DNA of 64,000 nucleotides from Tortispora ganteri (taxonomy: Eukaryota): NCBI GenBank assembly GCA_003707115.1, contig PPNB01000004.1, positions 248,001-312,000 of the forward strand. Direction: 5' to 3'. The notes below the pieces were generated by a model that had not been told where the DNA came from, did no database searches, and saw only the letters and a list, made by a program, of their open reading frames with translations. This document shows, in pieces, positions 10,243 to 21,635 of this stretch. How positions within the stretch are numbered: position 1 is the first letter of the stretch; every line of letters begins with the position of its first letter. The position numbers were made by a program, and so were the translations under genes.

Positions 10243-11520
10243 CTATATTATCAGCCTTCTGATTCCTGTAATATCCCATTGCTCTTGATTCTCAATGTAG
10301 CGAGCCCCGAGCAACTTTTGACCAGTAACCGGGCAGCGAACTCCAGTGTCTTGAGGGGCGTTTGATAGAATTTTGATTATGCATGTATAGCAAAACACGA
10401 ATCCGGTTTCAATGATAGCCGGATTTGTGATAGATTCATGACATATAGGACATCCTTTTCCGATACTTACTACAGCGTTGTTTGGTTTTTCGGGTAATTT
10501 AGTGTCAAAATTGGTAGTCTGTTCATCGTCTTCAGTGTCTTCGTCACTCTGATACTCGTCTGATAGCGCTTTCAGAGTTTCTTTCTCTTCAGATTTCCGC
10601 AGCACTGTTTTGACTCCTGTGGGAGGTGGTAACACGGAATCAACACCAGGTCTATGTTTCATCGATAATTGAGTACCAATATCACTTGCGGTCCACCATT
10701 CTGCAAACTTCAAGCCAAACATAGCAGTAGCAAGCAAAGTTTGTAGAGAATCCAAAACTGATGATTCAACTAATTTTAAGCCTTGAAGTGAACATAAGAA
10801 AGTTAACTTTTCGCCAAATGTTTTAGGCTCTTCATTATGTTGAGTAATAGGTGCGTCGTAATCGAAGGAAGTAAGTCGCGCGTAAGAGGTGTTCAGAATA
10901 TAATCTGAAAGAGAGTGTGCATTAGAGGCCTGAAACAAATAGAAAGCGCTAAATCCCACGTTAGACAAAGTCCAGCAAGCTTTTACGGTAGGATAATAAT
11001 ACAGAATGAGATGATCAGCAAACTGGGTAAGGCGCTCGTAATGTGAAGAAGGTTCAGATATTGTATGAGTTCCAAAAGCTGACTTTGCGACAAGATGCTC
11101 ATATCTTCTAGATATTTTTTCATTTATATATGGAAGAACAACGAGTACAAAAAGATGTCCAATGATTTGGTGGCGTTTCAAGCGTTGAGCATCTCGAATC
11201 AATTTAGGGGCGTAGTCGTTTAAAGCAGCAGGATCTATAGCTAAATTTCGGACTCTTTTTAAACCGTAAAAATTCTCAGAAAATGAAGAATTATGTCTCT
11301 TTAAAAATTGATACTCAATAATAGCACTAAATGCCAAGTATATCTCGTCAAATTTATGAGCGATCTTTAGCAAATACCGAGGATGACGTTGAGCTGTATA
11401 AGCAACAACATACCTCAATGAAGGAGCTAGAAGATTGGATAGCTCTTCCGCAGATATAATCTCAAAAAGCGTGGGTTGACTGCTTAGTCCAGAAGCAGAC
11501 AAAGATCCAAAAAAATCCAT
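10243..11520 (-). CDS. PEX12: Peroxin Pex12 (Pex2/Pex12 domain plus degenerate C-terminal RING)
   Basis: 'PTLFEIIS..L..LLAPSLRY', 'SFSENFYGLKR', 'KFAEWW', and RING 'CPIC..NPAIIETGFVFCYTC..RCPVTG'. Confidence 0.93.
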   Translation of the reverse strand: MDFFGSLSASGLSSQPTLFEIISAEELSNLLAPSLRYVVAYTAQRHPRYLLKIAHKFDEIYLAFSAIIEYQFLKRHNSSFSENFYGLKRVRNLAIDPAALNDYAPKLIRDAQRLKRHQIIGHLFVLVVLPYINEKISRRYEHLVAKSAFGTHTISEPSSHYERLTQFADHLILYYYPTVKACWTLSNVGFSAFYLFQASNAHSLSDYILNTSYARLTSFDYDAPITQHNEEPKTFGEKLTFLCSLQGLKLVESSVLDSLQTLLATAMFGLKFAEWWTASDIGTQLSMKHRPGVDSVLPPPTGVKTVLRKSEEKETLKALSDEYQSDEDTEDDEQTTNFDTKLPEKPNNAVVSIGKGCPICHESITNPAIIETGFVFCYTCIIKILSNAPQDTGVRCPVTGQKLLGARYIENQEQWDITGIRRLII

Positions 11521-11626
11521 GGTTTAATAAATGAAATTCTCTGCTTTTTAATCAGATGAAATTGATGGTAAATCGAATATTGGGAATGTTCCCCCACCCC
11601 ACTTTTCCATCATCGTTTTGATTTAA

Positions 11627-12061
11627 ATGAATCAAACAAATCAACCCGCATGGCAGCCTTGTGCTAATGTAATTCTACTTAATAAACAATCTGAAGCACG
11701 TGATATTCTTGCTGCAGAGCGTACTTTTTTCTCTTGGATAAGAGCAAGTATGTACCTAGCACTTCTGTCTATTTTCATACTGGGATTCTCCACCGAAATC
11801 GATGATGATTTCATGCCACAATCACAGGCTTTAATGGGAATATTTATTAATAGCAAAAACCTTACATCTGATGTTATTATCTCTTATATTTTGTTTGCAT
11901 TTTCGTTACTATTATTGTGTGGTGGATTCTATAACTACGAACGGACAATCTACAAGTACGCATTAGCTCACCCAATCGCGCAGGCCAGTCCGATCTTACA
12001 TTATACAATGATCATAGTAGCATTGGGCATCATAATAACAGCAATCGTTTTATTAAGTTAA
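11627..12061 (+). CDS. DUF202 (YidH/Vtc1-like) three-TM membrane protein
   Basis: DUF202 signature 'ARDILAAERTFFSWIR' followed by three hydrophobic segments. Confidence 0.8.
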   Translation: MNQTNQPAWQPCANVILLNKQSEARDILAAERTFFSWIRASMYLALLSIFILGFSTEIDDDFMPQSQALMGIFINSKNLTSDVIISYILFAFSLLLLCGGFYNYERTIYKYALAHPIAQASPILHYTMIIVALGIIITAIVLLS

Positions 12062-14922
12062 GCATCATCAACCTCCATGTGCTCGGGGTTCTTTTTCAAA
12101 ATAACAATCCCTTCGAGCGCAGCACTTTGGCTAATATATTTATCATCTTCCAGTTCAGCTCTCTCACCATATCCTAATAGCACTGGCGTTGTATTAGTGA
12201 CCCAGCCAGTAATAGCTTTAGGGCGCCCAGCTTGTCCAACCACATCAACTGCTTGTCCCACACGCACATTTACCGTCAAAGGTTCCAAGTTCTCATCCAC
12301 AGTTATAAGCATGCGAGGTTGAATTGCAAGAACAAGATTATACAGTAAGTAGTGGTGAGACGACATAAACTGCTTAGCGTCCAAAAGCATCACAAGTACA
12401 GACAGTAGACCCGCAAATGCGGTCTGCGACATCACTTGACGATCAGTATGTAAAGGATTAAGCGTTTGGGTTCCTTTACCTAGATATAACAACCCTTGAG
12501 CAACTCGCACCATGAAAAGAGTACTTGGCTCACGCGAATAGTATGTTGCAAGTTGCCTTAACAGCAGAGCTAACCGTGCATTCTTGGTTCCAGCTCCAAC
12601 AATGCCCATAGCAAAAATAGCATTCATCGCAACATCTAGATCGGAATCATGTGAGTACCTGGAAAGTGTCTCAAATACTTTCATCTCAGGATTAGACGAA
12701 TACAATAATCCCAAAGCCAATGGAACCGCTCTACGGGTTCTGTCATCGCCATAATGCATCAAGTGACTGAAATGACGCAAACTCATTTCTTGCCCAATTT
12801 CTTCACCCATTGCAACGGCTGCGATTCCTAAAACTGAATAAGACTTTCTGGCAGAAACCTTCTCCTTCTCAATTTGCTTGCTGTTATTAGTTGCCTCGTC
12901 AGAGGGATTCTCAGTGGTCATGCCATCAGTATTTCCAGATGATTCTTTAGGTGACTCCGAATTTAGTTTAAACGCAGACGCAGCCGGCAGAGTTACCCTT
13001 TCCGATGAAGTGCTTACTTCTGTTTCGCCGCCAGTAGTAGTTGCAGCAATGGCTTCTTCATCTTCCATCGCTTCATCTTCTTCATCGTCTTCTTCATCCT
13101 CCTCGTCCTCCTCGTCGGAATCTGCGCGACTAAGACAATCGTGAAGCATAAGCTGAATAGTAAGCACATCGCCAGAACCAGCATGTGACGCAAGGACAAT
13201 TAGCGACTCAGTTACTGCCGATAAATTATGTTCAATAACCTTGACTGCTTCTACAACAGCGTCGATCTCTTCTGCACGATTGGTGTAAAGTAATGCTAGA
13301 CCCAGTGCTAAAAATCTTGCCCATCTGTCAGATAAGTCATAAGCCGATCTCTCCATTAAAACACTCAAAATGGCTTCAGATATTTCACCATTGCACGTAC
13401 CGACAAATACTTGTCCAAGGGCTAATGCCGCTAAGCCAGCATGTTCCATCGATACATTCGGATCCTGCACTATGGGCAAAAGTACAGATGCAACTGCGGC
13501 CCTGCCAGATCCAGCATTGGCCAGACCGAGGCCCATAATTGCTGAAGACCTTATATGACTATTGGACGATTCTAAATATTCTGGCTCGGATAAAAGTGCT
13601 AAAGGTGCATCTGCTTCGGAACGCACGCCTTTGTGAAGTATACCAATGCCTAAAAGAGCGCCGGCTTTCACCATCGGTTCGGAAGAATCAAGGAACTTAA
13701 ACACGTACTCTAAACCGGTATTGATATTCCAAAGGAAAATGAGGCCGCAAGAAGCTGTGGTTGCGAGCATACCTGCGTCTTTGGTTTTGTAAATCCAAGA
13801 GCTAGATTCGTCTTCCACAGTTATAAGCTTATCATTACCAAAACCTATATTAGCAAATGCATTCACATATGCTGCACCCAAATTCTGCTTTGCAGAGTCC
13901 AAAGAGGAGGAAATAGGGCGGGAGACAGAATGATCTAAATGTGACTTAAATATGTCTTCAGGAACCAGGGGATCGGTAATGGATAACTCCTTGCTGAGAT
14001 AGAGAAAGAAGTCGGAAAGTCTTGAATTATCCATGCACTCAACGACAACAGAATTTGTCTCGTTGTCAGATTCAGCTATGCTATCAAGATATATATTCTG
14101 TCGAGACAATATGAGGGCGAGCTGCTTCTTGGTGACCAGATCATCAGTAGCATTAAAGACAGACTCCATTCGATTTTCATCGTGTAAACGCATAGCCATA
14201 ACGAGAGCTTGGGGGTAACTAGAGAACTTCATGTAAATGTCGAAGGCTGTCCTGAGAAATACCGAATCGTCAGGAGAAGCTAAGAATTTTACGCATGAGA
14301 CCATATACAAACAGACACGAGAGTAAATACTTTCATCAACAAGAGAAGGCAATTCACTAATAGAGTCGACTTCGGCCAGTAGATCTATAGCATCCGGTTC
14401 AGCGTTGTGCTTAAGGAAAAACGGCGAAATTTTCAGCGCCAAGTCGACCAATTCAGAAGTGGGTTCGCCTTTCAAGTCAGCCTCGGCAAATTGTTCGCCT
14501 ATTTCAAGCGCCAAGTGCCTCATATATTCATGTCCCCATAAAGAAGGATCATCTGCGATATCTGTTGCAGCTAATCTGTATTTCAATGTTGAACGTTGTT
14601 CCGCTGGAGCTGAAGTCATAGCGAGCACTGACAATATGTCAGCCAACTGTGACTTCAATTTAGTATCGGACCAAGTCTCATATACTTCAACGAGTGAGTC
14701 ATAATGCGGCATAAGAAATTTGAGAGGCTTCGGCACTGCAGTCATTGACGAGGTTGAAGTTCGAATGAAAGTCTTCAGCTGGTCCATGGCAGGGCTGTGA
14801 AGCGATGCGTTGGATTCTTGAATTCTTTCCACTAATAATTCGAGATCATTTTTTAGCTTCAAATCCTCTTCTGAGAGTTCTTCTTGCTGAACTTGCGATG
14901 GTTTTTTCTCTTCTTTTGCCAT
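12058..14922 (-). CDS. RPN1: 26S proteasome regulatory subunit Rpn1
   Basis: 'RTSTSSMTAVPKPLKFL', 'WGHEYMRHLALEI', 'VRVGQAVDVVGQAGRPKAITG'. Start set at the ATG at 14922; the ORF-track start is a GTG. Confidence 0.97.
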   Translation of the reverse strand: MAKEEKKPSQVQQEELSEEDLKLKNDLELLVERIQESNASLHSPAMDQLKTFIRTSTSSMTAVPKPLKFLMPHYDSLVEVYETWSDTKLKSQLADILSVLAMTSAPAEQRSTLKYRLAATDIADDPSLWGHEYMRHLALEIGEQFAEADLKGEPTSELVDLALKISPFFLKHNAEPDAIDLLAEVDSISELPSLVDESIYSRVCLYMVSCVKFLASPDDSVFLRTAFDIYMKFSSYPQALVMAMRLHDENRMESVFNATDDLVTKKQLALILSRQNIYLDSIAESDNETNSVVVECMDNSRLSDFFLYLSKELSITDPLVPEDIFKSHLDHSVSRPISSSLDSAKQNLGAAYVNAFANIGFGNDKLITVEDESSSWIYKTKDAGMLATTASCGLIFLWNINTGLEYVFKFLDSSEPMVKAGALLGIGILHKGVRSEADAPLALLSEPEYLESSNSHIRSSAIMGLGLANAGSGRAAVASVLLPIVQDPNVSMEHAGLAALALGQVFVGTCNGEISEAILSVLMERSAYDLSDRWARFLALGLALLYTNRAEEIDAVVEAVKVIEHNLSAVTESLIVLASHAGSGDVLTIQLMLHDCLSRADSDEEDEEDEEDDEEDEAMEDEEAIAATTTGGETEVSTSSERVTLPAASAFKLNSESPKESSGNTDGMTTENPSDEATNNSKQIEKEKVSARKSYSVLGIAAVAMGEEIGQEMSLRHFSHLMHYGDDRTRRAVPLALGLLYSSNPEMKVFETLSRYSHDSDLDVAMNAIFAMGIVGAGTKNARLALLLRQLATYYSREPSTLFMVRVAQGLLYLGKGTQTLNPLHTDRQVMSQTAFAGLLSVLVMLLDAKQFMSSHHYLLYNLVLAIQPRMLITVDENLEPLTVNVRVGQAVDVVGQAGRPKAITGWVTNTTPVLLGYGERAELEDDKYISQSAALEGIVILKKNPEHMEVDDA

Positions 14923-15201
14923 TCTAGAGCTCGAGACGGAAGTGTAGTGTGGTGTTGAACGTGAGAGGCGACTGGAGGGTAAGTTGGATTTCACTGGAAA
15001 AACCTTAATTTTAGTAAAGTTAGAAGCAAATCATTAATATTATAATGATCAGTTCTTACATTTTCATAATATCTTAGCATAAAATAAGTTATTTCTTTAA
15101 TAACCATCTACATGCTATATGCATGAGTTCCAATGACCATTAGAGCTAATCTTGATTGCTGAGAAACAGCGTGGATATCATAACCGTAATAAGAGGTAAT
15201 A

Positions 15202-16845
15202 TTATCGATGGGCCGCGATCTTTCTGGATGCGGTTTGAGATCTAATAGCATTTTCCAGTAGGCGATCTAGCCGCTTACTTAAGTCATTAGCATCCTGTAG
15301 CAACATCTTTACAGGTGATGACGTATTATGGTCGATGTATGTTACATCTGCCTCGGGTGATGTACGGGGTAGTGAGCTCAAACTGGAAGGAGTTGGTGCA
15401 GAAGTCATGGTTTCAGCAATAGATATGTCTTCCTGCGCAACAGGAGTTTGCCGGCGTGGTTCGTGAGTAGATGTGGGTATCGATCTGTGTGCTTTGCAGG
15501 ACTTTGGCTCAAGTGTGACATTGTTTACTGTGGAATGGCTCTTTCTCAAGTCGACGTCACTCAAGTACGAATCGTAAATTCCTGTTAATGAAGACCGGAA
15601 ATCTATTGTAGGATCCCGTAAACTCGCTTTTTGAAAGGATGACCTACTTTCTGAGCCGTTGCTAGAGCTGGAAGTAGACAGCTCGCTTGTTCTTTTAACA
15701 GGTAAGGATGGTTGCTGCGTGAAACTGAGCGTCCCTATGCGGTTTATACCCGGTAAATTGGACGCACTAATGAGCGCTGGGCTTTCATACTCTGACTCAG
15801 GGCTTTGAACGTCTGCCTTTTGGGCATGTGCAACAAGATTATCGGTGTCTGAAAGAACGGGTTGTTGGATATCTGCAGAGCTTTTACTGGAGTTCCGTGA
15901 ACCCGAATTTGTTCTCTTAAACAAAGCTCCTAACTTTCCAAATTTAGAAGGTTTAGGAGAATACGTAGTTGATCTTTCAGATGCTTCTGAATTGATTGAA
16001 TAGTCATCTCGAGATCGCCTATTACTGTCACGTTCGCCTTCGGAAACTGAAGCCGATGAGGACACAGCGGAACAGGTTTTCGGTATCAGCCCTAGTCCGA
16101 TGGTCTCCTTTTCGAGCATTGCAGATTGTGGCATTCCAGTCAAAGGAGTATTTAAGTCGGACTGAGGGAATTTGTTAGTATTTAAAAGTAATGATTTGAC
16201 GGGATGTTGAGTAGTGGGGTCGACAGTTGACAAAGTAGAATCCCTAGTAGGAGATAACAGGTCTTCATTAGACATCATACCTACGTCCGTTCCTTCAGTC
16301 CATTCTTCGTCTATATCAGAATGAGAGTCTATTTCGTCGTCAGCGTCGTCATCCGTCGAGTATTCCGCTTCATACTCGTGCTCGATGAAAGCGGAGGGGT
16401 CAGAAAATGTCACGCTTTTAGATGCAGAGGGAAGAGGAGCACCTAGAAATGTATTGGACCTCCCCTTTCGCAAGAAGTCATCTTCAATTTCGAGATCATC
16501 CACATTGCCATTGCGATGTTTATTGAGACGAGCGAGACGCTCCGAAGGGGTTTCAATATGCTCAGCTGGAAGGTAACCAATCGATCTATTTTTTGCATGG
16601 AGTACCAGCCACCAATATGAGTGGCTGTCATTTAGAAGAACCATAGCATCACCTTTTGTAGCGCTTGCTTGTCCTTCCGCTGTTGCAGAAAAGGAGTGTA
16701 GTGCGTATACATAATTAGGATCGATGACATCTTCATGAATCGAAGGACTTGATGATAACATTTCGTAGTCGAAATCATCCATTTCCTCTGAATCTGAAGA
16801 CTCACTTAATTTTTGTGACAGAATATGGTCAGCATTTGCTTGCAT
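15202..16845 (-). CDS. BUD14: SH3-domain PP1-targeting polarity protein, Bud14/Tea4 family
   Basis: SH3 'YVYALHSF..SYWWLV..IGYLPAEHIETPSERLARLN' typical of Bud14/Tea4, followed by an RVxF-type PP1 motif 'KSVTF'. Confidence 0.78.
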   Translation of the reverse strand: MQANADHILSQKLSESSDSEEMDDFDYEMLSSSPSIHEDVIDPNYVYALHSFSATAEGQASATKGDAMVLLNDSHSYWWLVLHAKNRSIGYLPAEHIETPSERLARLNKHRNGNVDDLEIEDDFLRKGRSNTFLGAPLPSASKSVTFSDPSAFIEHEYEAEYSTDDDADDEIDSHSDIDEEWTEGTDVGMMSNEDLLSPTRDSTLSTVDPTTQHPVKSLLLNTNKFPQSDLNTPLTGMPQSAMLEKETIGLGLIPKTCSAVSSSASVSEGERDSNRRSRDDYSINSEASERSTTYSPKPSKFGKLGALFKRTNSGSRNSSKSSADIQQPVLSDTDNLVAHAQKADVQSPESEYESPALISASNLPGINRIGTLSFTQQPSLPVKRTSELSTSSSSNGSESRSSFQKASLRDPTIDFRSSLTGIYDSYLSDVDLRKSHSTVNNVTLEPKSCKAHRSIPTSTHEPRRQTPVAQEDISIAETMTSAPTPSSLSSLPRTSPEADVTYIDHNTSSPVKMLLQDANDLSKRLDRLLENAIRSQTASRKIAAHR

Positions 16846-17768
16846 CGTTAATCGATTATTGAATAAATAGTTGTGATGAGATAATGAACGACTAAAGGTT
16901 GATTTGCGCCAGTTCGATAATGAAACAGTGGTAAGGAGTTAAAGATAGTATATGATGGTCAGTAGAATAAGACTTGATGATTATAAGACCGAAAAAAAAA
17001 GGGGCCGTCCTTGCACTCTTCTAAGAGTACTCCGAATCAGTTTCTTGCTTTTTGCTGGTTGTCAGAACACCCCTTAATTTCTAGACTCTATACTCTATTC
17101 CTCTATTAAGCAACTTTCACGACCCCTTTCTTCAGCCTTTTAGCTCTTCTTATTAATAACGTTAATGCACGTTCGGTTAAAACTGTAATACACCAATAGC
17201 AGAACTGATAGTATCATTAAAGTTTTCTTACCGCGTCGCAAGAAAAGTGTTAGTGTTGGCAATGTGGTAACATGATTAATTGGCTCTTACAACTACACCC
17301 TAACGCCGAATCTAACTTGACTCTCCATACATGTGAACTGCTTAAATTTTTTAATATCTCATCATGGTGGATTTCAGTGAAACTTATTCTTGGTAACGCT
17401 TCAGTTTCATGCGCTAAAAAAGGACCCTCTGCGCTTATGCGTCAAATTTTATATTACTTTCGTTGTCATGAAGATACACATATAACCTTTGTGAGGTGAT
17501 ATGCTCCCCCATCTTCGCGCCCTTATGCTAGCTAGCCCTATTAACCCTTAGTATGGAAGGTTTCACAGCACTTCTTCTATGGTAGTACTTTTTTCTTTCC
17601 CACCTTCATATAAGTGCACCTATACTGTTTTCCTTTCTCATTTAGTTACACTTTAAAAGGACAAAGAATAATTTCTCAACACCTCCTACTATTTCAACAG
17701 CATTTGTATTATTAGCCCTATTTTATTTATTATATTTTTGGGGGGTTTTGCTAAGAATTTGACCTCTG

Positions 17769-19424
17769 ATGTCTCCAATCGGTCATTCTGATGATTCTAC
17801 CTCACTCAGATACCTTTCGACAGCATTTACATCTGATGATGATCAAATGAAAGCCACGCCTTCACTAGGTATAAATAATAATTCAACACTTTCTTCAGTT
17901 CATGTCGATGGTAATGGTGTGTCTCACCTCACTGATTTCGCCGCTTCTCCTCCTCTTGAACCACAAATCCATCCCAAATTACGGGTCGCTACCGTGATCC
18001 ATCAAGATGTTGCTCCCGTCAATAACCTTGCTCATAGTCACTCTCGTCCTCTCGCTGTACATGATGCCTCAGAGCCTTTAACATTTCTCTCTAATTCTGA
18101 TAACAGTCAATTAATTCAAATGGAACCTGTACAGCATGATTATAGCCCTTCAACCTATTCAGAATCAGCGAGAAAGTCATCTGTATGTTCGCTGAATACA
18201 TCTAATGGTTCATGGTCTGAAAGCTATAAATATCCAACACCTGGTCAGTTTAGAGCCCGCATGGCGGCCAGAGAGCGTGAAAGTTTGTCTCGCAGAGAAT
18301 CAAAGCCATGGGCTCGCCAACGTGCTAGTTCTCTCATGCCCGTCGACTCGTCATCTTACGATGGCTTACCTCAAAGTCCGGCTACTGCTTATCTGAGTTT
18401 GTTCTCTGGCACTCGAAGTACTTCTCCAGAGGCTGATATTGAGGAGGGGCAATTACTCAATGACTATGTTGTTGGTAAAGTCATAGGCCGAGGAGCTTTT
18501 GGTACTGTAAGAGAGGCTTACACAATTGATAATTCCACTAAGCAGACCTTTGCTATGAAAATAATTAAGAAATCATCAAATGATCCTGAAGCAATGCAAT
18601 CTACGTTCAGTAAAGAGATCAATATTTGGAAATCTCTGGACCACCCGAATATCCTCAGACTAATCAATCAGTTTGAGACTGATAACTTTTATTATTGTGT
18701 AATGGAATACACATCTGAGGGATCTTTGCTCGACAGGGTGAGGAAGGAACCTTTATCAATGCAATTGATTGTTGATCTCTCCTTTGACTTAGCATGTGCT
18801 CTTCGCTACTTGCATGAAGATAAATATATCATCCACAGAGATGTCAAGCTTGAAAATTGTCTACTTCAAACGAGATCTGGAAAGATATCTGTACTATTGT
18901 GTGATTTCGGCATGGCAGATTTTTACACACCTTCTCAGCAACACAATTCCTGCGAGCGGGTGAATAAGTCTGACGTTTGGACATCTACTAAACATGCAGT
19001 TATTGGCCCCGGAACTACTAGCATGAACTTTTCGTCCAATCTCTCGCCTGTTGTTTCTACCACTTCTGGCGGGCAAGGATCTCTTCCATATGCTGCTCCT
19101 GAGGTACTAGTCAACCAAAATCCTGTATATGACCCGAAACTGGATGTGTGGTCGTTTGGTGTGGTGCTATACGCTCTTGTGGTAGGAAGCCTGCCATTTG
19201 TGCATTCATTTGAACCCAAACTAGTTACGAAGATAGTTAACGCAGACTGGGATCAGCAAATGGTCAGGGCTCAACTTAGTGGGGATGAACTGCAATGCGA
19301 TGCTGCTAGAGTTTACGACTTTGTTGAGCTGTTCAGTCACATATTCGTCGTTGATAGACATGCTCGCTGGAATATCAGAAAAGTATGTGAGCATGCAATC
19401 TACAAAGGTAAAACTATTGTTTGA
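17769..19424 (+). CDS. Ser/Thr protein kinase (CAMK-like, possibly Nnk1-like) with a long activation-loop insert
   Basis: GxGxxG 'IGRGAFGTV', 'AMKII', 'HRDVKLEN', 'DFG', 'GSLPYAAPE', 'DVWSFGV'. Confidence 0.9.
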   Translation: MSPIGHSDDSTSLRYLSTAFTSDDDQMKATPSLGINNNSTLSSVHVDGNGVSHLTDFAASPPLEPQIHPKLRVATVIHQDVAPVNNLAHSHSRPLAVHDASEPLTFLSNSDNSQLIQMEPVQHDYSPSTYSESARKSSVCSLNTSNGSWSESYKYPTPGQFRARMAARERESLSRRESKPWARQRASSLMPVDSSSYDGLPQSPATAYLSLFSGTRSTSPEADIEEGQLLNDYVVGKVIGRGAFGTVREAYTIDNSTKQTFAMKIIKKSSNDPEAMQSTFSKEINIWKSLDHPNILRLINQFETDNFYYCVMEYTSEGSLLDRVRKEPLSMQLIVDLSFDLACALRYLHEDKYIIHRDVKLENCLLQTRSGKISVLLCDFGMADFYTPSQQHNSCERVNKSDVWTSTKHAVIGPGTTSMNFSSNLSPVVSTTSGGQGSLPYAAPEVLVNQNPVYDPKLDVWSFGVVLYALVVGSLPFVHSFEPKLVTKIVNADWDQQMVRAQLSGDELQCDAARVYDFVELFSHIFVVDRHARWNIRKVCEHAIYKGKTIV

Positions 19425-19681
19425 ATATGACATAGACGACGATTTTGCGATATTGATGACTTTATGAGTTTTTATTGTGTTTTTTTGTGGTGTTTCTTTA
19501 TTCATTTTATGATTTGCGTGATGTTGCGCAAGTATGTTCAACATATGTACGACTTTATACGAATTTCTACGACTCTATCTGAAAATAATACGGTGCTTGT
19601 AAAGGATAAGGAAAATAGTGCGCAGAAACGCTATGAATATCGCTACCAATTACCATTTGTACAAAGTTGGTGTGCAACTCT

Positions 19682-20287
19682 TTACTCGGTTTTAGGTGGC
19701 TGCTTATCGAGCGCCGCTCTTCGCTTCTTGGCTTGTACATTGTTATAGGTACCAAGAACAAAAGCAACAAGGCTGAAGAAAGGTACCCAAGCTTCTTGAG
19801 GAATAAACGCCTGAGCAAACGCGATCGTAAGCGGTGAAGTAGTCCAGGAGACTTTCATGATAGGTAAGAAGCCAGCCTTTACAGTTTTAATAATAGAGCT
19901 CAAGTCGCGTGCACCGGAAATGACGCTCATTGAGATCAGAAACACGACATTGAGTATAGGAGAGACAGTTAAATTAGAAGTGATAATCTGACCTATCTTG
20001 GCGCCGGCGGATGTCTTACCGGCAAAAGCGCCTTGGAGTAGTCCTATTAGTACATGACCTAAAGGAGAGGCAATAAGTCCACCATATGCAGCCATTGCTG
20101 GTACTCTAGGAGTAATAATGGGTGCATTCTTAGAGCCAGTGAGATAGGTGGCTAAAACCTCACCCAGCGAAGACAGAATAGCCGAGGTGATCATCTTAGT
20201 CCTAAGGGGGTTTCGGATCAACTCAGCTAAGTATAGCTGCATCAAAACATTGGGATTAGAAAATGCTAGTTTCGAATTGAGAGCCAT
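19682..20287 (-). CDS. Mpv17/PMP22 family peroxisomal membrane protein
   Basis: 'YLAELIRNPLRTKMITSAIL', 'MAAYGGLIASPLGH', 'SWTTSPL..FAQAFIP..WVPFF'. Confidence 0.88.
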   Translation of the reverse strand: MALNSKLAFSNPNVLMQLYLAELIRNPLRTKMITSAILSSLGEVLATYLTGSKNAPIITPRVPAMAAYGGLIASPLGHVLIGLLQGAFAGKTSAGAKIGQIITSNLTVSPILNVVFLISMSVISGARDLSSIIKTVKAGFLPIMKVSWTTSPLTIAFAQAFIPQEAWVPFFSLVAFVLGTYNNVQAKKRRAALDKQPPKTE

Positions 20288-20358
20288 TGTTATTCAGAGA
20301 TATCAGATTATAAAAATTGAATCAGGAAGGAAGAAGAATGTAAACGTAAAATAAAAAA

Positions 20359-20507
20359 GTGGGGCAGAAATAGGCTCACATAGATAGTACAAGGTATATA
20401 AGTAAGTAGGGGTGGGGTTTCTGGATGTAGATACTTCCCACTCTATAAGAATCCGGGGCACGGGGGCTAAGAAGAGAGGGGGGCCGCACCTATGTGAGAA
20501 GCGGGGG
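20359..20507. promoter_or_regulatory. Cluster of G-tracts / SYGGGG (Mig1/CreA-type) and AGGGG (STRE-type) sites upstream of the PMP22-family gene
   Basis: Seven runs of 4 or more G in ~150 bp (GTGGGG x2, CCGGGG, GCGGGG, AGGGG x2, CGGGGG); TATATA at 20395-20400. Confidence 0.5.
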
Positions 20508-20680
20508 TGCCTCTATCAGCAGCCAACGTGAACGGATAAATTCCTTAGTCGCGATTAGGGTAAATAATCAAGGAAAGTCTAACCTGAATTAATCGAAATA
20601 AACGATCATTGATTGCCCAAATATCAAAGCTATCTGTGTCAGTACAATTAGCAAAAAACAACGGCAGATCCTGCGCGGGA

Positions 20681-21325
20681 CTAACGTTTGAGTCCGTCTA
20701 ACCTAGCCTGCAGGTCATCCATGCCTTCGGACTCTGCAATTGGTACCCTCTCTGTGGACTCTCCAAGCGCAGTAGGCGCTTCGCCTAAGGCCTGAGATAA
20801 ATCAATACCAATCTCGTCTAATACTTGGTTCACTACTTCGTCGCTTTCTTCCTCATCGTCTTCCATCGCATCATCAATAGCATCGTCCATCATTTCCTGT
20901 CTTTGATCCATCATGTCGCTTTCACGCTGAAACTCCATGGCTATGCGATTTAGTGCAGGCAAATTCATTGATCTGTTCATAGATCCTAGAAGTCCAGTAG
21001 CACCTTTCATACTTTGCATCATCTGTTCATTGCTTCTCACGGTCTGTATACGCAATGCAACTGCTTGAAGTTGTGTTCGCATTTGATAGAACTTCTGTAT
21101 ATGCTTTCTCGTTCGTACAAGATCTTTGGCCTGTATTTTACATGCACTCATTTGCCCTGATTTCGCAGATTTCTTGATGTCCTGAACCAATTTTTTTTCT
21201 TGAACTTCTAGTTTCTGTCGCTCTCGATCAAGTTCTCGCTGCGCTTTCTCCAAAGCTCTTTGATGCTTCCGTAAACGTTCTTGTGGTGTCATGCGCTTGC
21301 CAAATGCCCATTCTATGATATTCAT
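20681..21325 (-). CDS. DID4: ESCRT-III subunit Vps2/Did4
   Basis: 'EWAFGKRMTPQERLRKHQRAL', 'KIQAKDLVRTR', C-terminal MIM 'DDLQARLDGLKR'. Confidence 0.96.
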   Translation of the reverse strand: MNIIEWAFGKRMTPQERLRKHQRALEKAQRELDRERQKLEVQEKKLVQDIKKSAKSGQMSACKIQAKDLVRTRKHIQKFYQMRTQLQAVALRIQTVRSNEQMMQSMKGATGLLGSMNRSMNLPALNRIAMEFQRESDMMDQRQEMMDDAIDDAMEDDEEESDEVVNQVLDEIGIDLSQALGEAPTALGESTERVPIAESEGMDDLQARLDGLKR

Positions 21326-21635
21326 GATTTTCTCTTCCCTGAAATAAATTCTTTCGCACTATTACTGACTGCTTGCTGCTCCCGCGATTCTTGCTTTTTG
21401 TCGAATTTGACGTAGCTAACTTAGGCTGGTTTCCCGTCTGTGCTCGCTCCCTTTCCAGCAAATAAAGATAAACGCTCGTACCCTCAACCCTATAAAGTGT
21501 ATTTCTCTATTCAACGCTGCGATATTTAAATTCTCCTGTTCTCGCCATAAGAAATCTATATATTCTACGCTCCTCTGCCCTTTCTATCTACTTTAGCTCG
21601 GTTTTACGTATAATTGAGTTATTTTAGTCTTCTAA

